A stretch of 64,000 nucleotides of DNA, taken from IMG/VR virus record IMGVR_UViG_3300044641_009318; one strand, 5' to 3'. Of this stretch, positions 1 through 9,902 are shown piece by piece; within the stretch, counting starts at the first letter, position 1, and each line of letters starts with the position of its first letter. Below the pieces are notes generated by a model that ran no database searches, was not told where the DNA came from, and saw nothing but the letters and a program-made list of their open reading frames with translations. Source of the DNA: an uncultured virus (IMG/VR IMGVR_UViG_3300044641_009318) (Duplodnaviria; Heunggongvirae; Uroviricota; Caudoviricetes). The translations under genes and the position numbers were made by a program.

Positions 1-2
1 TG

Positions 3-881
3 GAAAAGAAGGTTTCCAATAAAGAAAAAGTCGAGGCAAAAAAGACTTTCGAGTTTCCTGGTTCCGAAGTTATTTTTCGGGGAAAAAATTGGACGGTTGT
101 AAAAATCGAGGACAAAGGTTATGACGGAAAGAAAGCTGCGGATTTTTTTGGCGGGTATGGTTTAAAGTCAGGTGTCGGTGAAACTAATTGGTGTACCGCA
201 GCGCCAGGGTCAAAAACTCAATTTGACCACTATATCAATAAAGGTCCGTTATTCGTAATTATTCCCCAAGAGGATGTGAGTTACGGTGAAAAAACTGGTC
301 TACCTGCAAATAGATATCAGTTTAGTTTCGAAACAAATAATTTTATGGACAAAGATGACCGACCGATTGATGTGCAGAAACTACTTAACGGTCCTATGAA
401 AGAATTGAAACCGTTGTTCAGAAAAGAGTTTGGAAAATCTTTGATGTTGGGGTCTTCTAATGAATTTTCGGTAAAAGGTTTCAAACACGGACCGGTAGGA
501 ATGTTCATTTCTTTGTATGGGTTTGATGAAATCTTCGAGGCACTACCCGACTCTGTTACGGAAATCTACATCCAAGGAGAGCGTGGAGAGGATTTGGATT
601 TGGTTCTTCCTGACTCAATATCAAAGTTTAAGAATTTGAAGGCTCTTATGGTTACACACTGCTTGAGTAAAGTTTCGGATAACATATGTAATCTCAACGA
701 ACTCAAGTATGTTGGATTTCCTGACAATCCGAACTTGAAAGAGATTCCTGAGTGTATAGGTGATTTACCAAAATTGAAGGCGATTTCTTTAGTTGGACAA
801 AAAATGAATTTACCAACATCTGTAAAAAATAATTTTGAACAAGAAAGACCCGGTCTATTTTTGAAAAAAACAAGATTGTGA
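3..881 (+). CDS. 5'-truncated WCT-motif (PcfJ-related) protein with C-terminal leucine-rich repeats; paralog of 916..2331
   Basis: Frame is open from position 3 (EKKVSNKEK...FFGGYGLKSGVGETNWCTAAPGS...GPLFVII) into the listed 276..881 ORF; LRR-like tail LPDSISKFKNLKAL...IPECIGDLPKLKAISL. Confidence 0.7.
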   Translation, partial: EKKVSNKEKVEAKKTFEFPGSEVIFRGKNWTVVKIEDKGYDGKKAADFFGGYGLKSGVGETNWCTAAPGSKTQFDHYINKGPLFVIIPQEDVSYGEKTGLPANRYQFSFETNNFMDKDDRPIDVQKLLNGPMKELKPLFRKEFGKSLMLGSSNEFSVKGFKHGPVGMFISLYGFDEIFEALPDSVTEIYIQGERGEDLDLVLPDSISKFKNLKALMVTHCLSKVSDNICNLNELKYVGFPDNPNLKEIPECIGDLPKLKAISLVGQKMNLPTSVKNNFEQERPGLFLKKTRL

Positions 882-915
882 TAATTTCAATTTTAAACGA
901 TATTTAATATTAGAT

Positions 916-2331
916 ATGAAAACGACGGAATTACTCAGAACTCTTATCAGTGAAGCGCTCTATAAATCGGCGTTCGAGGAGTTATACAAAACATACGTAG
1001 AACCTAAAGAGCTTGGATTTGATACTCTCAAACAACTCATTATGATTGACCCATTTACTCGTTATCGTGGTGAACCTGAGGAAATTTTGAAAATGAAGCC
1101 CAAAGAGTTTGAGGAGACAGTCAAAATTGGTAAATACTCTAAGTGGTTGGTTAAGACTTATGTAAAAGGATTACTACAGGTTGCTAAAGAGAAAATGGGT
1201 GACACGGGTTCACAAAGTGATATCCAATCTGAGTACAAAGAATATCAAAGATTGTTCATTGAAGATACCGAAAGACTCAAAACTTTATTGGCAAAATTCG
1301 ACAAATACAAATCTTTTATTGCCGACCCAAACAAAAAGGACATTATGAGAATCAAGTCAATGGAGGAGTTGGCATCGATACCAGTCTTGGCGAGTGATGA
1401 AGGTGACGTTATTGATTTAGAAAGTTATAGAGGTAGACAAAAAGCCAAACCAACTGGGGGAGAAAAAACAGGAGGTGACGTTCAAGCAAAATTTGTTTAT
1501 CCAGGTTCCAAAATTTTGAAAGTCGGAAATTATTTTACATTAATCAAAATTGACGGTAAGGGAGCACTCCAAGGTAAGGCGGCTTCTTATTTTGGTGGTT
1601 ACCACAATGTGGATAGGGGTGAAACAAACTGGTGTACCTCCCCTGAAGGTTCTAATGCCTGTCAAAACTATTTATCTGATGGACCTTTGTATATCTTTAT
1701 GGCTAACGACGACAAGGGAAAAGTTGGTGAAATCACAGGTTTACCCCAAGAAAGATTTCAGTTTCATTTCCCAAGTAATCAATTCAAAGATAGAGGCAAT
1801 CGAAGTATAGACGTTGTAGAATTTTTAAAGGGAAACGCGTCAGATATGGGTGATATTTTCAAAAGTGAGTTTGCTAAAGGTCTTACCTCTCAAGATTCAA
1901 AAAAACTCGTCATTGAATCATTCAGTAGAGGAGGTATCGGTACTTACGTCGCCCTTTATGGGTTAGATGATTTATTTGAAACTTTACCTGATGACTTAGA
2001 GGACATTTCGATAAGCCAATCGGGAAATCAACCTTATATGATTCGTATTCCTGACTCTATTACACGTTTCCAAAGACTCAATAGTTTGATTTTGGAAAAT
2101 TCGATTAGTGAATTGAATCCGAATGTGTGTCAACTTACGAATTTGACCGCTCTTGGTTTGGAGGAGAATAAAACGCTTACCAATATCCCAAGTTGTGTAT
2201 GGGGCATGAATGGTTTAATGATTTTGAATGTTAAAGGGTCTAACGTGGCGATTGATGAGGCAAATTTACCTGGTTCTTGGACAACTCTTGAACCGAAAGT
2301 TTATTTTTTACCCGAGGCACTCGAGTTATAA
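916..2331 (+). CDS. WCT-motif protein with C-terminal leucine-rich repeats
   Basis: GETNWCTSPEGS..GPLYIF..ERFQFHF motif; IPDSITRFQRLNSLIL..LTNLTALGLEENKTLTNIPSCV LRRs. Confidence 0.7.
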   Translation: MKTTELLRTLISEALYKSAFEELYKTYVEPKELGFDTLKQLIMIDPFTRYRGEPEEILKMKPKEFEETVKIGKYSKWLVKTYVKGLLQVAKEKMGDTGSQSDIQSEYKEYQRLFIEDTERLKTLLAKFDKYKSFIADPNKKDIMRIKSMEELASIPVLASDEGDVIDLESYRGRQKAKPTGGEKTGGDVQAKFVYPGSKILKVGNYFTLIKIDGKGALQGKAASYFGGYHNVDRGETNWCTSPEGSNACQNYLSDGPLYIFMANDDKGKVGEITGLPQERFQFHFPSNQFKDRGNRSIDVVEFLKGNASDMGDIFKSEFAKGLTSQDSKKLVIESFSRGGIGTYVALYGLDDLFETLPDDLEDISISQSGNQPYMIRIPDSITRFQRLNSLILENSISELNPNVCQLTNLTALGLEENKTLTNIPSCVWGMNGLMILNVKGSNVAIDEANLPGSWTTLEPKVYFLPEALEL

Positions 2332-2332
2332 C

Positions 2333-2356
2333 AAAAGGGGTTTGACCCCTTTTTTT
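2333..2356 (+). terminator. Rho-independent terminator
   Basis: AAAAGGGG-TTTGA-CCCCTTTT followed by T-run. Confidence 0.75.
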
Positions 2357-2364
2357 ATTTAAAC

Positions 2365-2372
2365 TATATTTG
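2365..2372 (+). promoter_or_regulatory. Bacteroidota housekeeping-sigma -7 promoter element (TAnnTTTG)
   Basis: TATATTTG, 4 nt before ATG 2377. Confidence 0.65.
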
Positions 2373-2376
2373 ACCT

Positions 2377-2649
2377 ATGAACGTTGACGTAAAAATATAC
2401 ATGGCTCAAATCAAAAAATTTTTTGACGACAACCCCACAGACTTGGGAAATCTTATACCCTTAAATCTCAAGGAACAGTTTTACGATAAGGTGGAAGTCG
2501 TAGCAGTCTCCAACTCAGATGAAGGGAAAGAGATTCCTTTGACTCGCAAACAACTAATTGAGATTTGTGTGGAACTCAATGGAAGTCCCAAGAAAAAGGG
2601 GGAAAGTATTTTTGTTGAAACAAATTTTGGAAAATTATTTTTGAATTAG
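2377..2649 (+). CDS. hypothetical protein
   Basis: 90-aa ORF directly downstream of a promoter motif. Confidence 0.7.
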   Translation: MNVDVKIYMAQIKKFFDDNPTDLGNLIPLNLKEQFYDKVEVVAVSNSDEGKEIPLTRKQLIEICVELNGSPKKKGESIFVETNFGKLFLN

Positions 2650-2671
2650 GTTGGTAGATTAAAATTTGTTG

Positions 2672-2679
2672 TATCTTTG
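2672..2679 (+). promoter_or_regulatory. Bacteroidota -7 promoter element
   Basis: TATCTTTG upstream of the DUF932 gene. Confidence 0.65.
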
Positions 2680-2703
2680 TCTTGTTAATCTAAAAACAAA
2701 GCC

Positions 2704-3462
2704 ATGATTCAAACTCTCTCCACCACCTCTCTCAAAGAAGTCGCACCGGCAATCTTCTCTTCCTCTTACTCACCAAAACTATCTGACAAGTACTCTTTTG
2801 TTCCCACGATGGAAATCATCGAGAAGTTCGAGAACGAAGGTTGGAAGGTAATGTCCGCAAATCAACTTGGTAAAGGTCAGTTCAATCCTCACGAAGTCCG
2901 TTTCGGTAATGGACAACTTGCTCAAGTTGGAGACTCTGTTCTCCAAGCCATCGTTCAGAATTCACACAACGGTACTCGCCAATTGACCATCGGAGCTGGT
3001 TTGTACCGTCTTGTATGTTCCAATGGTCTCACCATCCCGACCTCAGTGGCTGATGAAATCACAATCCGTCACAAAGGAATCGAAATGGGCGAGATTCGTC
3101 GTATTACTGACCAGTTCGCAGAGCGGCTTCCCCTTATCACCAAGTCAGTGGAAAAGTTTCAGACCCGTGAGTTGTCAGACAGCCAAGTTGTTGATTTTGT
3201 AAATCAATCTGCAATCATCCGTTGGTCAAGTGGTTCGATTCCTACTTTTAACATGGAGTCTTTCTTGGAACCTCAACGTGATGGGGATGTTGGTAACACG
3301 ATGTGGAAAGTGTTTAACCGAGTTCAAGAAAAGTTTGTTCGTGGTGGAGAAGTCACTCGTAATGGGCGGGGTCGTCAGGGAACGATGCGGAGCCTCAAGA
3401 GTTTCGACACGGTAAATCGTATCAACACAAAGTTGTGGGAGTTGGCAGATTCATTTTGTTAA
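2704..3462 (+). CDS. DUF932 family protein
   Basis: SDKYSFVPTMEII, NSHNGT, GLYRLVCSNGL, MWKVFNRVQEKFVRGG, INTKLWELA motifs. Confidence 0.85.
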   Translation: MIQTLSTTSLKEVAPAIFSSSYSPKLSDKYSFVPTMEIIEKFENEGWKVMSANQLGKGQFNPHEVRFGNGQLAQVGDSVLQAIVQNSHNGTRQLTIGAGLYRLVCSNGLTIPTSVADEITIRHKGIEMGEIRRITDQFAERLPLITKSVEKFQTRELSDSQVVDFVNQSAIIRWSSGSIPTFNMESFLEPQRDGDVGNTMWKVFNRVQEKFVRGGEVTRNGRGRQGTMRSLKSFDTVNRINTKLWELADSFC

Positions 3463-3472
3463 CCTATAATTG

Positions 3473-3497
3473 GGGAGGGGAAACCCTCCCTTTTTTT
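3473..3497 (+). terminator. Rho-independent terminator
   Basis: GGGAGGG-GAAA-CCCTCCC followed by T7. Confidence 0.85.
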
Positions 3498-3502
3498 ATC
3501 TT

Positions 3503-5188
3503 ATGAAAGAAAGAAATAATCTTTATACTCACTCCGATGGGGTATACTCTGTGTTGGAACATTGGGGGATGACCCCTTTGACGACCGGTAACAATTTTGA
3601 TGAGGTGTCAATCTTGAGAGCCAAGGAAAATAAAAAACTTTTCTTTAAAATCAAAAACGAATTCAACACTCAAGATAAGTTTGTTGAGTTTTTTGCCAAT
3701 AAACTCTATTCGGTTGAGTCACGTTCCCACATAACGGTAGTCGAAAAAAACGAACACAAACTATGTGTTAAGGTATTTTACACCTACAAACGTAGGAACA
3801 AGGGTGTTCATTATTTCAAAGTGAGGAAGAATATGTATTTCCTTACGGTCAACCTTAACACTGGTGACTTATATCTTGGACACATAATTGGATATCAAAA
3901 CAAAAGAAAAATCTCAAGGTCAATTAGGAAAAATGTATTCAATGAACAACCGATTCAATCCTTTATTGGTACTTTGGCGACCATTATCAACGATAATACA
4001 GAGATTCCAATAATCGGTGGGGTAAATACTCAAAATATTATCAAAGAAATCAAAGAGGTGTTTATAAATGAATTGGAAAAATACCACGGTGGTCCATTTC
4101 GGTATAACACTTTTGTTGAGATTCTTTATGAATTTTACCTTAAAAAGAAAGATATCAAATACCCCAACAATTTTGATGTCTTCACTAAAAAGTGGGGGGT
4201 ATTACCCACAAAAAAAGAACTCACCAAGTGTGGGATGAAGTTTATCGATGCTTTGATGCTCAAGAACAAGCTCAAGGGTGACAGGGTAAAAAAGACATTA
4301 CACGAATGTACCTACTTCAACGGAGGAAGTCTATATCTTGAACTGGTTGATATATTCGGCACTGATTGGGTCCATCAGACACCTGGAGTTTTGAAGTCTT
4401 GTTTTGAGAAGGAAAATAGTTCCTCTTTGATGATACATAATTTCGAAGTTTTGAACAAAGCAGAGAAAAAACGTTGTTGGGATTTTTTGGTTGAGAAAAA
4501 TTTAATGATTTGTGAAGGCACGGTGGAACATTTATCTATGAGAGTGATTCGTGACCATGTTGAATACATCAGTTTCCTACGTAACGAGGGCGTTGAGGTT
4601 TTTTGGAAAGCCAAAAATTTTGAGCAATTTGTACATGAACACACCCAACTCTCTCAATTGGTTAGTGATTACCGTAAAGGGGACTTTAAACGAATTTATC
4701 CTGAAGGTTACTATGATGTTTTTGTTCGACCCATTTTGATTGATAATCAGTTTTACGTTACCAATATTTTGGATTCTACAACCACTTACAGCGATGAGAG
4801 TTCATTTCAAAGTAATTGTGTGAGGACTTACATGTCGAAAGCTGCATCCTTCATTATTTCAGTTCGCAGAGGACAAGAACGGGCGACAGTTGAATATAAA
4901 ATCACCAAAAACCCAAAGAATTCTGAGTTTGAAGTTAAACGGGAACAATACCTTGGCAAGTTTAACAAAGGTTTAGATAAGAGTTGGAAAGATGTTTTGG
5001 AAAAAGTCGATGAACGTGTTAAATTTGCCCTTTCAGAATGGGGTTATGACATTTTACTCGAAAAGAAAACCAAGGTTGGTAATACAATCACTTCGGGGAT
5101 TGAATTCACCGATTTGGGTTATCCAAAATGGAAAAACTCCACTATCTTTGAAACCTCTAACAATTCATTTTTTTTAGATGATTTTTAA
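3503..5188 (+). CDS. PcfJ-like domain protein
   Basis: C-terminal ESSFQSNCVRTY...IISVR...RATVEY...QYLGKFN motif; start moved to ATG 3503 because the listed start lies in the terminator. Confidence 0.7.
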   Translation: MKERNNLYTHSDGVYSVLEHWGMTPLTTGNNFDEVSILRAKENKKLFFKIKNEFNTQDKFVEFFANKLYSVESRSHITVVEKNEHKLCVKVFYTYKRRNKGVHYFKVRKNMYFLTVNLNTGDLYLGHIIGYQNKRKISRSIRKNVFNEQPIQSFIGTLATIINDNTEIPIIGGVNTQNIIKEIKEVFINELEKYHGGPFRYNTFVEILYEFYLKKKDIKYPNNFDVFTKKWGVLPTKKELTKCGMKFIDALMLKNKLKGDRVKKTLHECTYFNGGSLYLELVDIFGTDWVHQTPGVLKSCFEKENSSSLMIHNFEVLNKAEKKRCWDFLVEKNLMICEGTVEHLSMRVIRDHVEYISFLRNEGVEVFWKAKNFEQFVHEHTQLSQLVSDYRKGDFKRIYPEGYYDVFVRPILIDNQFYVTNILDSTTTYSDESSFQSNCVRTYMSKAASFIISVRRGQERATVEYKITKNPKNSEFEVKREQYLGKFNKGLDKSWKDVLEKVDERVKFALSEWGYDILLEKKTKVGNTITSGIEFTDLGYPKWKNSTIFETSNNSFFLDDF

Positions 5189-5200
5189 TATTGTATCGAA

Positions 5201-5506
5201 ATGTTCTGCAAACCTCACCCTTTTATTTTAAGATTACAGAAAGACCAAAATAAGTTCTTTTCCTGTTATCGAGTGATGAATATTCAACTTCTCGAAAAGA
5301 ACGATAAGTTCAAGGTCGTTTATCTTAACGCCGCTTATCCCTCTACTTATTATAATGAAATCATATACAAAACCCAAGATGACTTCTATTTATTCTACAA
5401 AGGAGATGGGGTTGGGGACAAATATCAATTGGAATTTTATTTTCTCCCTGAGTCAGAGAACCAAGTCAAAATATTCTTAAATAGCATTATCAAAAAACAA
5501 AAATGA
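5201..5506 (+). CDS. hypothetical protein
   Basis: 101-aa ORF overlapping the thioredoxin start (ATGA). Confidence 0.6.
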   Translation: MFCKPHPFILRLQKDQNKFFSCYRVMNIQLLEKNDKFKVVYLNAAYPSTYYNEIIYKTQDDFYLFYKGDGVGDKYQLEFYFLPESENQVKIFLNSIIKKQK

Positions 5507-5811
5507 AACAAATTACTTCAGAGGAATTACAAGCGAAAATCGGAGCGGGTGAAACCTTTATGGTCGACATGTTTGCTACATGGTGCGGACCCTGTAAAGT
5601 TTTGATGGGAAACCTTCAAAAGATTTCTGATTCGGGAGAGGTGTCCCTTCCTGTTTATACTTTTGATGTCGACAACGACCGAGACCTAATTATGAATTTG
5701 GGTGTGCGTTCAGTACCTACGCTAAAGGTCTATAAAGAAGGTAGTGAGGTTTATTCTGAACCAGGAGTCAAGTCGACTCAACAACTACTTGACATCATGT
5801 CCAAGTATTAA
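5503..5811 (+). CDS. trxA: thioredoxin
   Basis: DMFATWCGPCK active site; GVRSVPT cis-Pro loop. Confidence 0.9.
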   Translation: MKQITSEELQAKIGAGETFMVDMFATWCGPCKVLMGNLQKISDSGEVSLPVYTFDVDNDRDLIMNLGVRSVPTLKVYKEGSEVYSEPGVKSTQQLLDIMSKY

Positions 5812-5812
5812 A

Positions 5813-6100
5813 ATGTCTGAAAAAACAATTGTGGTCTATACCATGGAGGGTTGTCCTCACTGTGTGGACTTCAAGAAAATGCTCAAAGAAAACAATATTG
5901 AATTTGTTGACAGAGACATCTACGAACACGAGGAAGAATATGAAATTTTCTCTCAGGTTGTAGAAAACGATTACGTCCCCGCAGTATTGGTTATCGAAAC
6001 CAAAGGGAAAAAATATGATTCTTTTTTATATGCTCCTGACAGAGACTACGAAGAACTAACAGAGGCGATTGCCATAATCAAAAAACACCTTTTGGTTTAA
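5813..6100 (+). CDS. glutaredoxin/NrdH-like protein
   Basis: VVYTMEGCPHC...YVPAV; true start probably ATG 5813. Confidence 0.85.
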   Translation: MSEKTIVVYTMEGCPHCVDFKKMLKENNIEFVDRDIYEHEEEYEIFSQVVENDYVPAVLVIETKGKKYDSFLYAPDRDYEELTEAIAIIKKHLLV

Positions 6101-6167
6101 TACAGAAAGGTAGTCCCTTAAGGTCCAATTTAATATTTACCTTGAGGAACTAAAACCACATTTTTTG

Positions 6168-6175
6168 TATTTATA
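6168..6175 (+). promoter_or_regulatory. putative phage late-promoter motif TATTTATA
   Basis: Same motif recurs shortly upstream of many structural-type genes (see findings). Confidence 0.5.
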
Positions 6176-6194
6176 GATAAGTTGTATTTTTTGA

Positions 6195-9100
6195 ATGGCT
6201 AAAAATATTGAGATAAGACCCAGTAACCTCACGGCTGAACCCGGGAATGTTCCTGTAATCAAATTTACGAATTCTACCACACCAATAATATTGAAGGTGC
6301 AACTTGGCGGTGCTGTTAATTTCGGTGAGACCTTAATTATTGCTCCTGAGTCTGCGTCTTGTCGACTATATTCATTGACAGGCACGGGAGTAGGTACAAA
6401 CACCGCCTCATATCAAGAATGTTACAGTCAGGAATTAAAAACTATAAATGTTTCTCAGAACCAAGTTAAATACGTTGAGGCTAGGACAGGAACCGTCAAC
6501 GTAACTGCGGGTACTATTACAGTTACCCTACAAGCGAATTCTTATGATAGAATTATTACCGGAGGACTTACCTCCCGAAATGGATTAGTTGTTAGTGGTA
6601 CCACAGTAATTAACTCGGGAGGTAATTGGGTTCCTGGCGGAAATCAGGGGGCTAAAGGTACTACAGGTGGACAAGGAGCTCAAGGAGCTCAGGGTCTGAC
6701 TGGACACACGGGTACTCAAGGAGCGCAAGGGGCGGCTGGTTCCATCGGGTCACAAGGTTCTCAAGGAGCTCAAGGGGGCATCGGTCCACAAGGTGCTCAA
6801 GGAGACTTAGGCGCCACAGGTGGACAAGGTGCTCAAGGAGCTCAAGGTTTAAACGGGTCTTCTGGGACTACGGGAGCTCAAGGTGCCACAGGTGGAACGG
6901 GTGGTGTAGGACCTACAGGTGCTCAGGGTTCTCAAGGAGCTCAAGGTGGTACAGGACACACAGGAGGAGTAGGACCAACAGGAACCGTTGGTTCACAAGG
7001 AGCCCAAGGAGCTACAGGACACATAGGAGGTGTTGGTCCAACGGGAAACCAAGGGGCTCAAGGTGCACAAGGTGCGTTGGGATTCCAAGGAGCTAGAGGA
7101 CCTCAGGGGTCTACAGGTGCACAAGGTGCCCAAGGGGCTCAAGGTGCTCAAGGGTCAAGAGGACCACAAGGTAATATCGGAGCACAAGGAGCACAAGGAG
7201 CTCAAGGGGCTCAAGGTTCTAGAGGACCACAAGGAAACCAAGGGGCTCAAGGAGCGCAAGGTTCTCAAGGTTCTCAAGGAGGTAAAGGTCCCACAGGTGG
7301 GGTTGGTTCACAAGGTGCCCAAGGAGCAACTGGTGGCACTGGTGGGGTTGGACCAACAGGTGCTCAAGGTTCTCAGGGAGCCCAAGGAGCTACAGGACAT
7401 ACTGGAGGAGTAGGACCAACAGGGAATGTCGGTTCCCAAGGAGCTCAAGGTGCGACAGGTCATACAGGTGGTGTTGGACCTACTGGAAACGTAGGTGCTC
7501 AAGGTGCACAAGGTGCTTTGGGATTCCAAGGAGCTAGAGGACCTCAGGGGTCCACAGGAGCACAAGGAGCCCAAGGAGCACAAGGAGGACAAGGACAAAG
7601 GGGTCCTACCGGTGCGGTAGGGGCTCAGGGAGCCCAAGGTGCTCAAGGGTCTACGGGAGGACTTGGACCAACGGGACCAGTAGGTTCCCAAGGGTCTCAA
7701 GGGGCCACAGGAGGAACTGGCGCTAAAGGTTCTACAGGTAGTATTGGTTCACAAGGTGCCCAAGGGGGAACTGGTGGTACTGGCGCGATTGGACCAACAG
7801 GTGCTCAAGGTTCACAGGGAGCTCAAGGTGCTACAGGTCATACAGGTGGAGTTGGACCCACAGGGGCTAAAGGTTCACAAGGAGCTCAAGGTGCGACAGG
7901 TCATACAGGTGGTGTTGGACCTACTGGAAACGTAGGAGCTCAAGGTGCACAAGGTGCGACAGGATTCGCCGGCTCACCAGGACCACAGGGGTCTCAAGGT
8001 TCTCAAGGAGCACAAGGAGCACAAGGAGCCCAAGGTTCGAGAGGACCACAAGGAAACCAAGGGGCTCAAGGAGCACAAGGTTCTCAAGGTTCTCAAGGAG
8101 GTAAAGGTCCCACGGGTGCGGTTGGTTCACAAGGGGCACAAGGGGCAACTGGTGGCACGGGTGCGGTTGGACCAACAGGCGCTCAAGGTTCTCAGGGAGC
8201 TCAAGGAGCTACAGGAGGAACTGGCGGGGTTGGTCCCACTGGTGCCGTTGGTTCACAAGGCGCTCAAGGAGCAACAGGAGGACAAGGACAAAGAGGAAAT
8301 ACAGGTTCCCAAGGACCACAAGGAGCTCAAGGAGCAACAGGTCCTCAAGGTAGTGTGGGCCCAACTGGTGCTCAAGGTACCACGGGACCAGGAGGGGCGA
8401 CAGGGGCTCAAGGACCACGAGGACCTCAAGGAGCTCAAGGTTCCCAAGGTTCACAAGGACCCATAGGGGCACAAGGAGCTCGAGGACCTCAAGGAGCTAC
8501 GGGTCAAGGTGGACCACAAGGTTCGCAAGGACCTGTGGGTGCTAATGGACCTGGTGGAGCTACCGGACCCGTTGGGTCTCAAGGAGCTATAGGGGCACAA
8601 GGGAATCCTGGACCTATAGGGGCTCAAGGGGCTCAAGGGGCGACAGGACCAGTCGGTGCTCAAGGTTCATTTGGGCCTGGTGGAGGACAAGGCGCTCAAG
8701 GTTCTCAAGGGGGTGTAGGTGCCGAAGGACAGAGAGGGCCACAAGGTGCTCAAGGTTCTCAAGGAGGACCTGGTGCTACGGGACCACAAGGTGCTGATGG
8801 GCCCGCGGGGAACACGGGAGCTCAAGGTTCTCAGGGAGGTACAGGTTCACAAGGTGCTAGAGGACCTCAAGGACCTCAAGGTTCACAGGGAGCCACGGGT
8901 GCTCAAGGAGGACAACCTGGACCTGGACCACAAGGTGCTCAAGGACCGAAAGGTCCACAAGGTGGGGGAGGTCCAACAGGACCTCAAGGAGCGCAAGGAC
9001 CTGCGGGTGCTCAAGGTTCCCAAGGGCCAAAGGGTAGTACAGGATTAGGTGGTGTTACAGGACCCGCCGGAGCTGCTGGTTCAACCCAAGGGGCTCAAGG

Positions 9101-9902
9101 AGCTCGTGGACCTACGGGTGCTTTCGGTGCGGAAGGTTTTCAAGGTGCTCAAGGTAGAGGGCCACAAGGTGCCACAGGTGCTCAAGGTGTGAAGGGTACA
9201 GGACCTACTGGTGCTCAGGGTCCCGCAACACCTGGTGACACAGGTGACAATGGGCCTACAGGCACCGCTGGTGGAACTGGTTCACAAGGGGCACAAGGTC
9301 CTCAGGGTGCTACGGGTCCGATTGGTCCAACAGCGGCGTCTTGTTTTGAAATATTGGCGACAATTGCTGGCGATTGCGGTACAGCTTGTAGTGACGCGCC
9401 AAACTCTTATTATTCACCCGATAAAACCCCCACTTGTGGGAGCTTTATTTATGAAGATTCTGCTTGTACTGAATGTCCTACTATTCAGGGCAATTATGTT
9501 GAATTTAATGGTACAGATATTTGTTGTTTTATTAATACTAATTGTAGCACAACATACGATGCGCCATGTTTTTCTGATGCTCGTTTAAAAAACGAAATTA
9601 AAACTCTTGTTGGGGTTTTGGATAATATCATGAAAATGAATCCTGTTGAGTTTGATTGGTCAGAGACATATTATCAATATGAGTCCCTGAAAGAAAAAGG
9701 AAAACTTAAATCTTTAGGTTTCATTGCCCAAGAAATGAGAGAGATTTATCCTGAAGTGGTACAACTTACTCACGATGGTTATTATTATATCATTTATAAT
9801 GAATTGAACTCGGTTTTGGTTGAAGGTATAAAGGAACAACAAGTATTTATTGATGACTTGGAAAATACCATAACCCAATTGGAAAATTTACTTAACGAGT
9901 GA
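6195..9902 (+). CDS. collagen-like (Gly-X-Y) fibre protein 1 with Cys-rich domain and C-terminal peptidase S74 intramolecular chaperone
   Basis: ~900 aa of GXY (GAQ/GSQ/GPT); SDARLKNEI...[16 protein letters not shown]; terminal coiled coil. Confidence 0.85.
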   Translation: MAKNIEIRPSNLTAEPGNVPVIKFTNSTTPIILKVQLGGAVNFGETLIIAPESASCRLYSLTGTGVGTNTASYQECYSQELKTINVSQNQVKYVEARTGTVNVTAGTITVTLQANSYDRIITGGLTSRNGLVVSGTTVINSGGNWVPGGNQGAKGTTGGQGAQGAQGLTGHTGTQGAQGAAGSIGSQGSQGAQGGIGPQGAQGDLGATGGQGAQGAQGLNGSSGTTGAQGATGGTGGVGPTGAQGSQGAQGGTGHTGGVGPTGTVGSQGAQGATGHIGGVGPTGNQGAQGAQGALGFQGARGPQGSTGAQGAQGAQGAQGSRGPQGNIGAQGAQGAQGAQGSRGPQGNQGAQGAQGSQGSQGGKGPTGGVGSQGAQGATGGTGGVGPTGAQGSQGAQGATGHTGGVGPTGNVGSQGAQGATGHTGGVGPTGNVGAQGAQGALGFQGARGPQGSTGAQGAQGAQGGQGQRGPTGAVGAQGAQGAQGSTGGLGPTGPVGSQGSQGATGGTGAKGSTGSIGSQGAQGGTGGTGAIGPTGAQGSQGAQGATGHTGGVGPTGAKGSQGAQGATGHTGGVGPTGNVGAQGAQGATGFAGSPGPQGSQGSQGAQGAQGAQGSRGPQGNQGAQGAQGSQGSQGGKGPTGAVGSQGAQGATGGTGAVGPTGAQGSQGAQGATGGTGGVGPTGAVGSQGAQGATGGQGQRGNTGSQGPQGAQGATGPQGSVGPTGAQGTTGPGGATGAQGPRGPQGAQGSQGSQGPIGAQGARGPQGATGQGGPQGSQGPVGANGPGGATGPVGSQGAIGAQGNPGPIGAQGAQGATGPVGAQGSFGPGGGQGAQGSQGGVGAEGQRGPQGAQGSQGGPGATGPQGADGPAGNTGAQGSQGGTGSQGARGPQGPQGSQGATGAQGGQPGPGPQGAQGPKGPQGGGGPTGPQGAQGPAGAQGSQGPKGSTGLGGVTGPAGAAGSTQGAQGARGPTGAFGAEGFQGAQGRGPQGATGAQGVKGTGPTGAQGPATPGDTGDNGPTGTAGGTGSQGAQGPQGATGPIGPTAASCFEILATIAGDCGTACSDAPNSYYSPDKTPTCGSFIYEDSACTECPTIQGNYVEFNGTDICCFINTNCSTTYDAPCFSDARLKNEIKTLVGVLDNIMKMNPVEFDWSETYYQYESLKEKGKLKSLGFIAQEMREIYPEVVQLTHDGYYYIIYNELNSVLVEGIKEQQVFIDDLENTITQLENLLNE

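Noticed and set aside
3470..3502. Listed upstream starts for several ORFs (3470, 5744, 26631, 34498, 58741, 59510, 61093, 62292)
   Set aside because: The extensions run through terminators, promoters or neighbouring genes; downstream ATGs fit the promoter motifs
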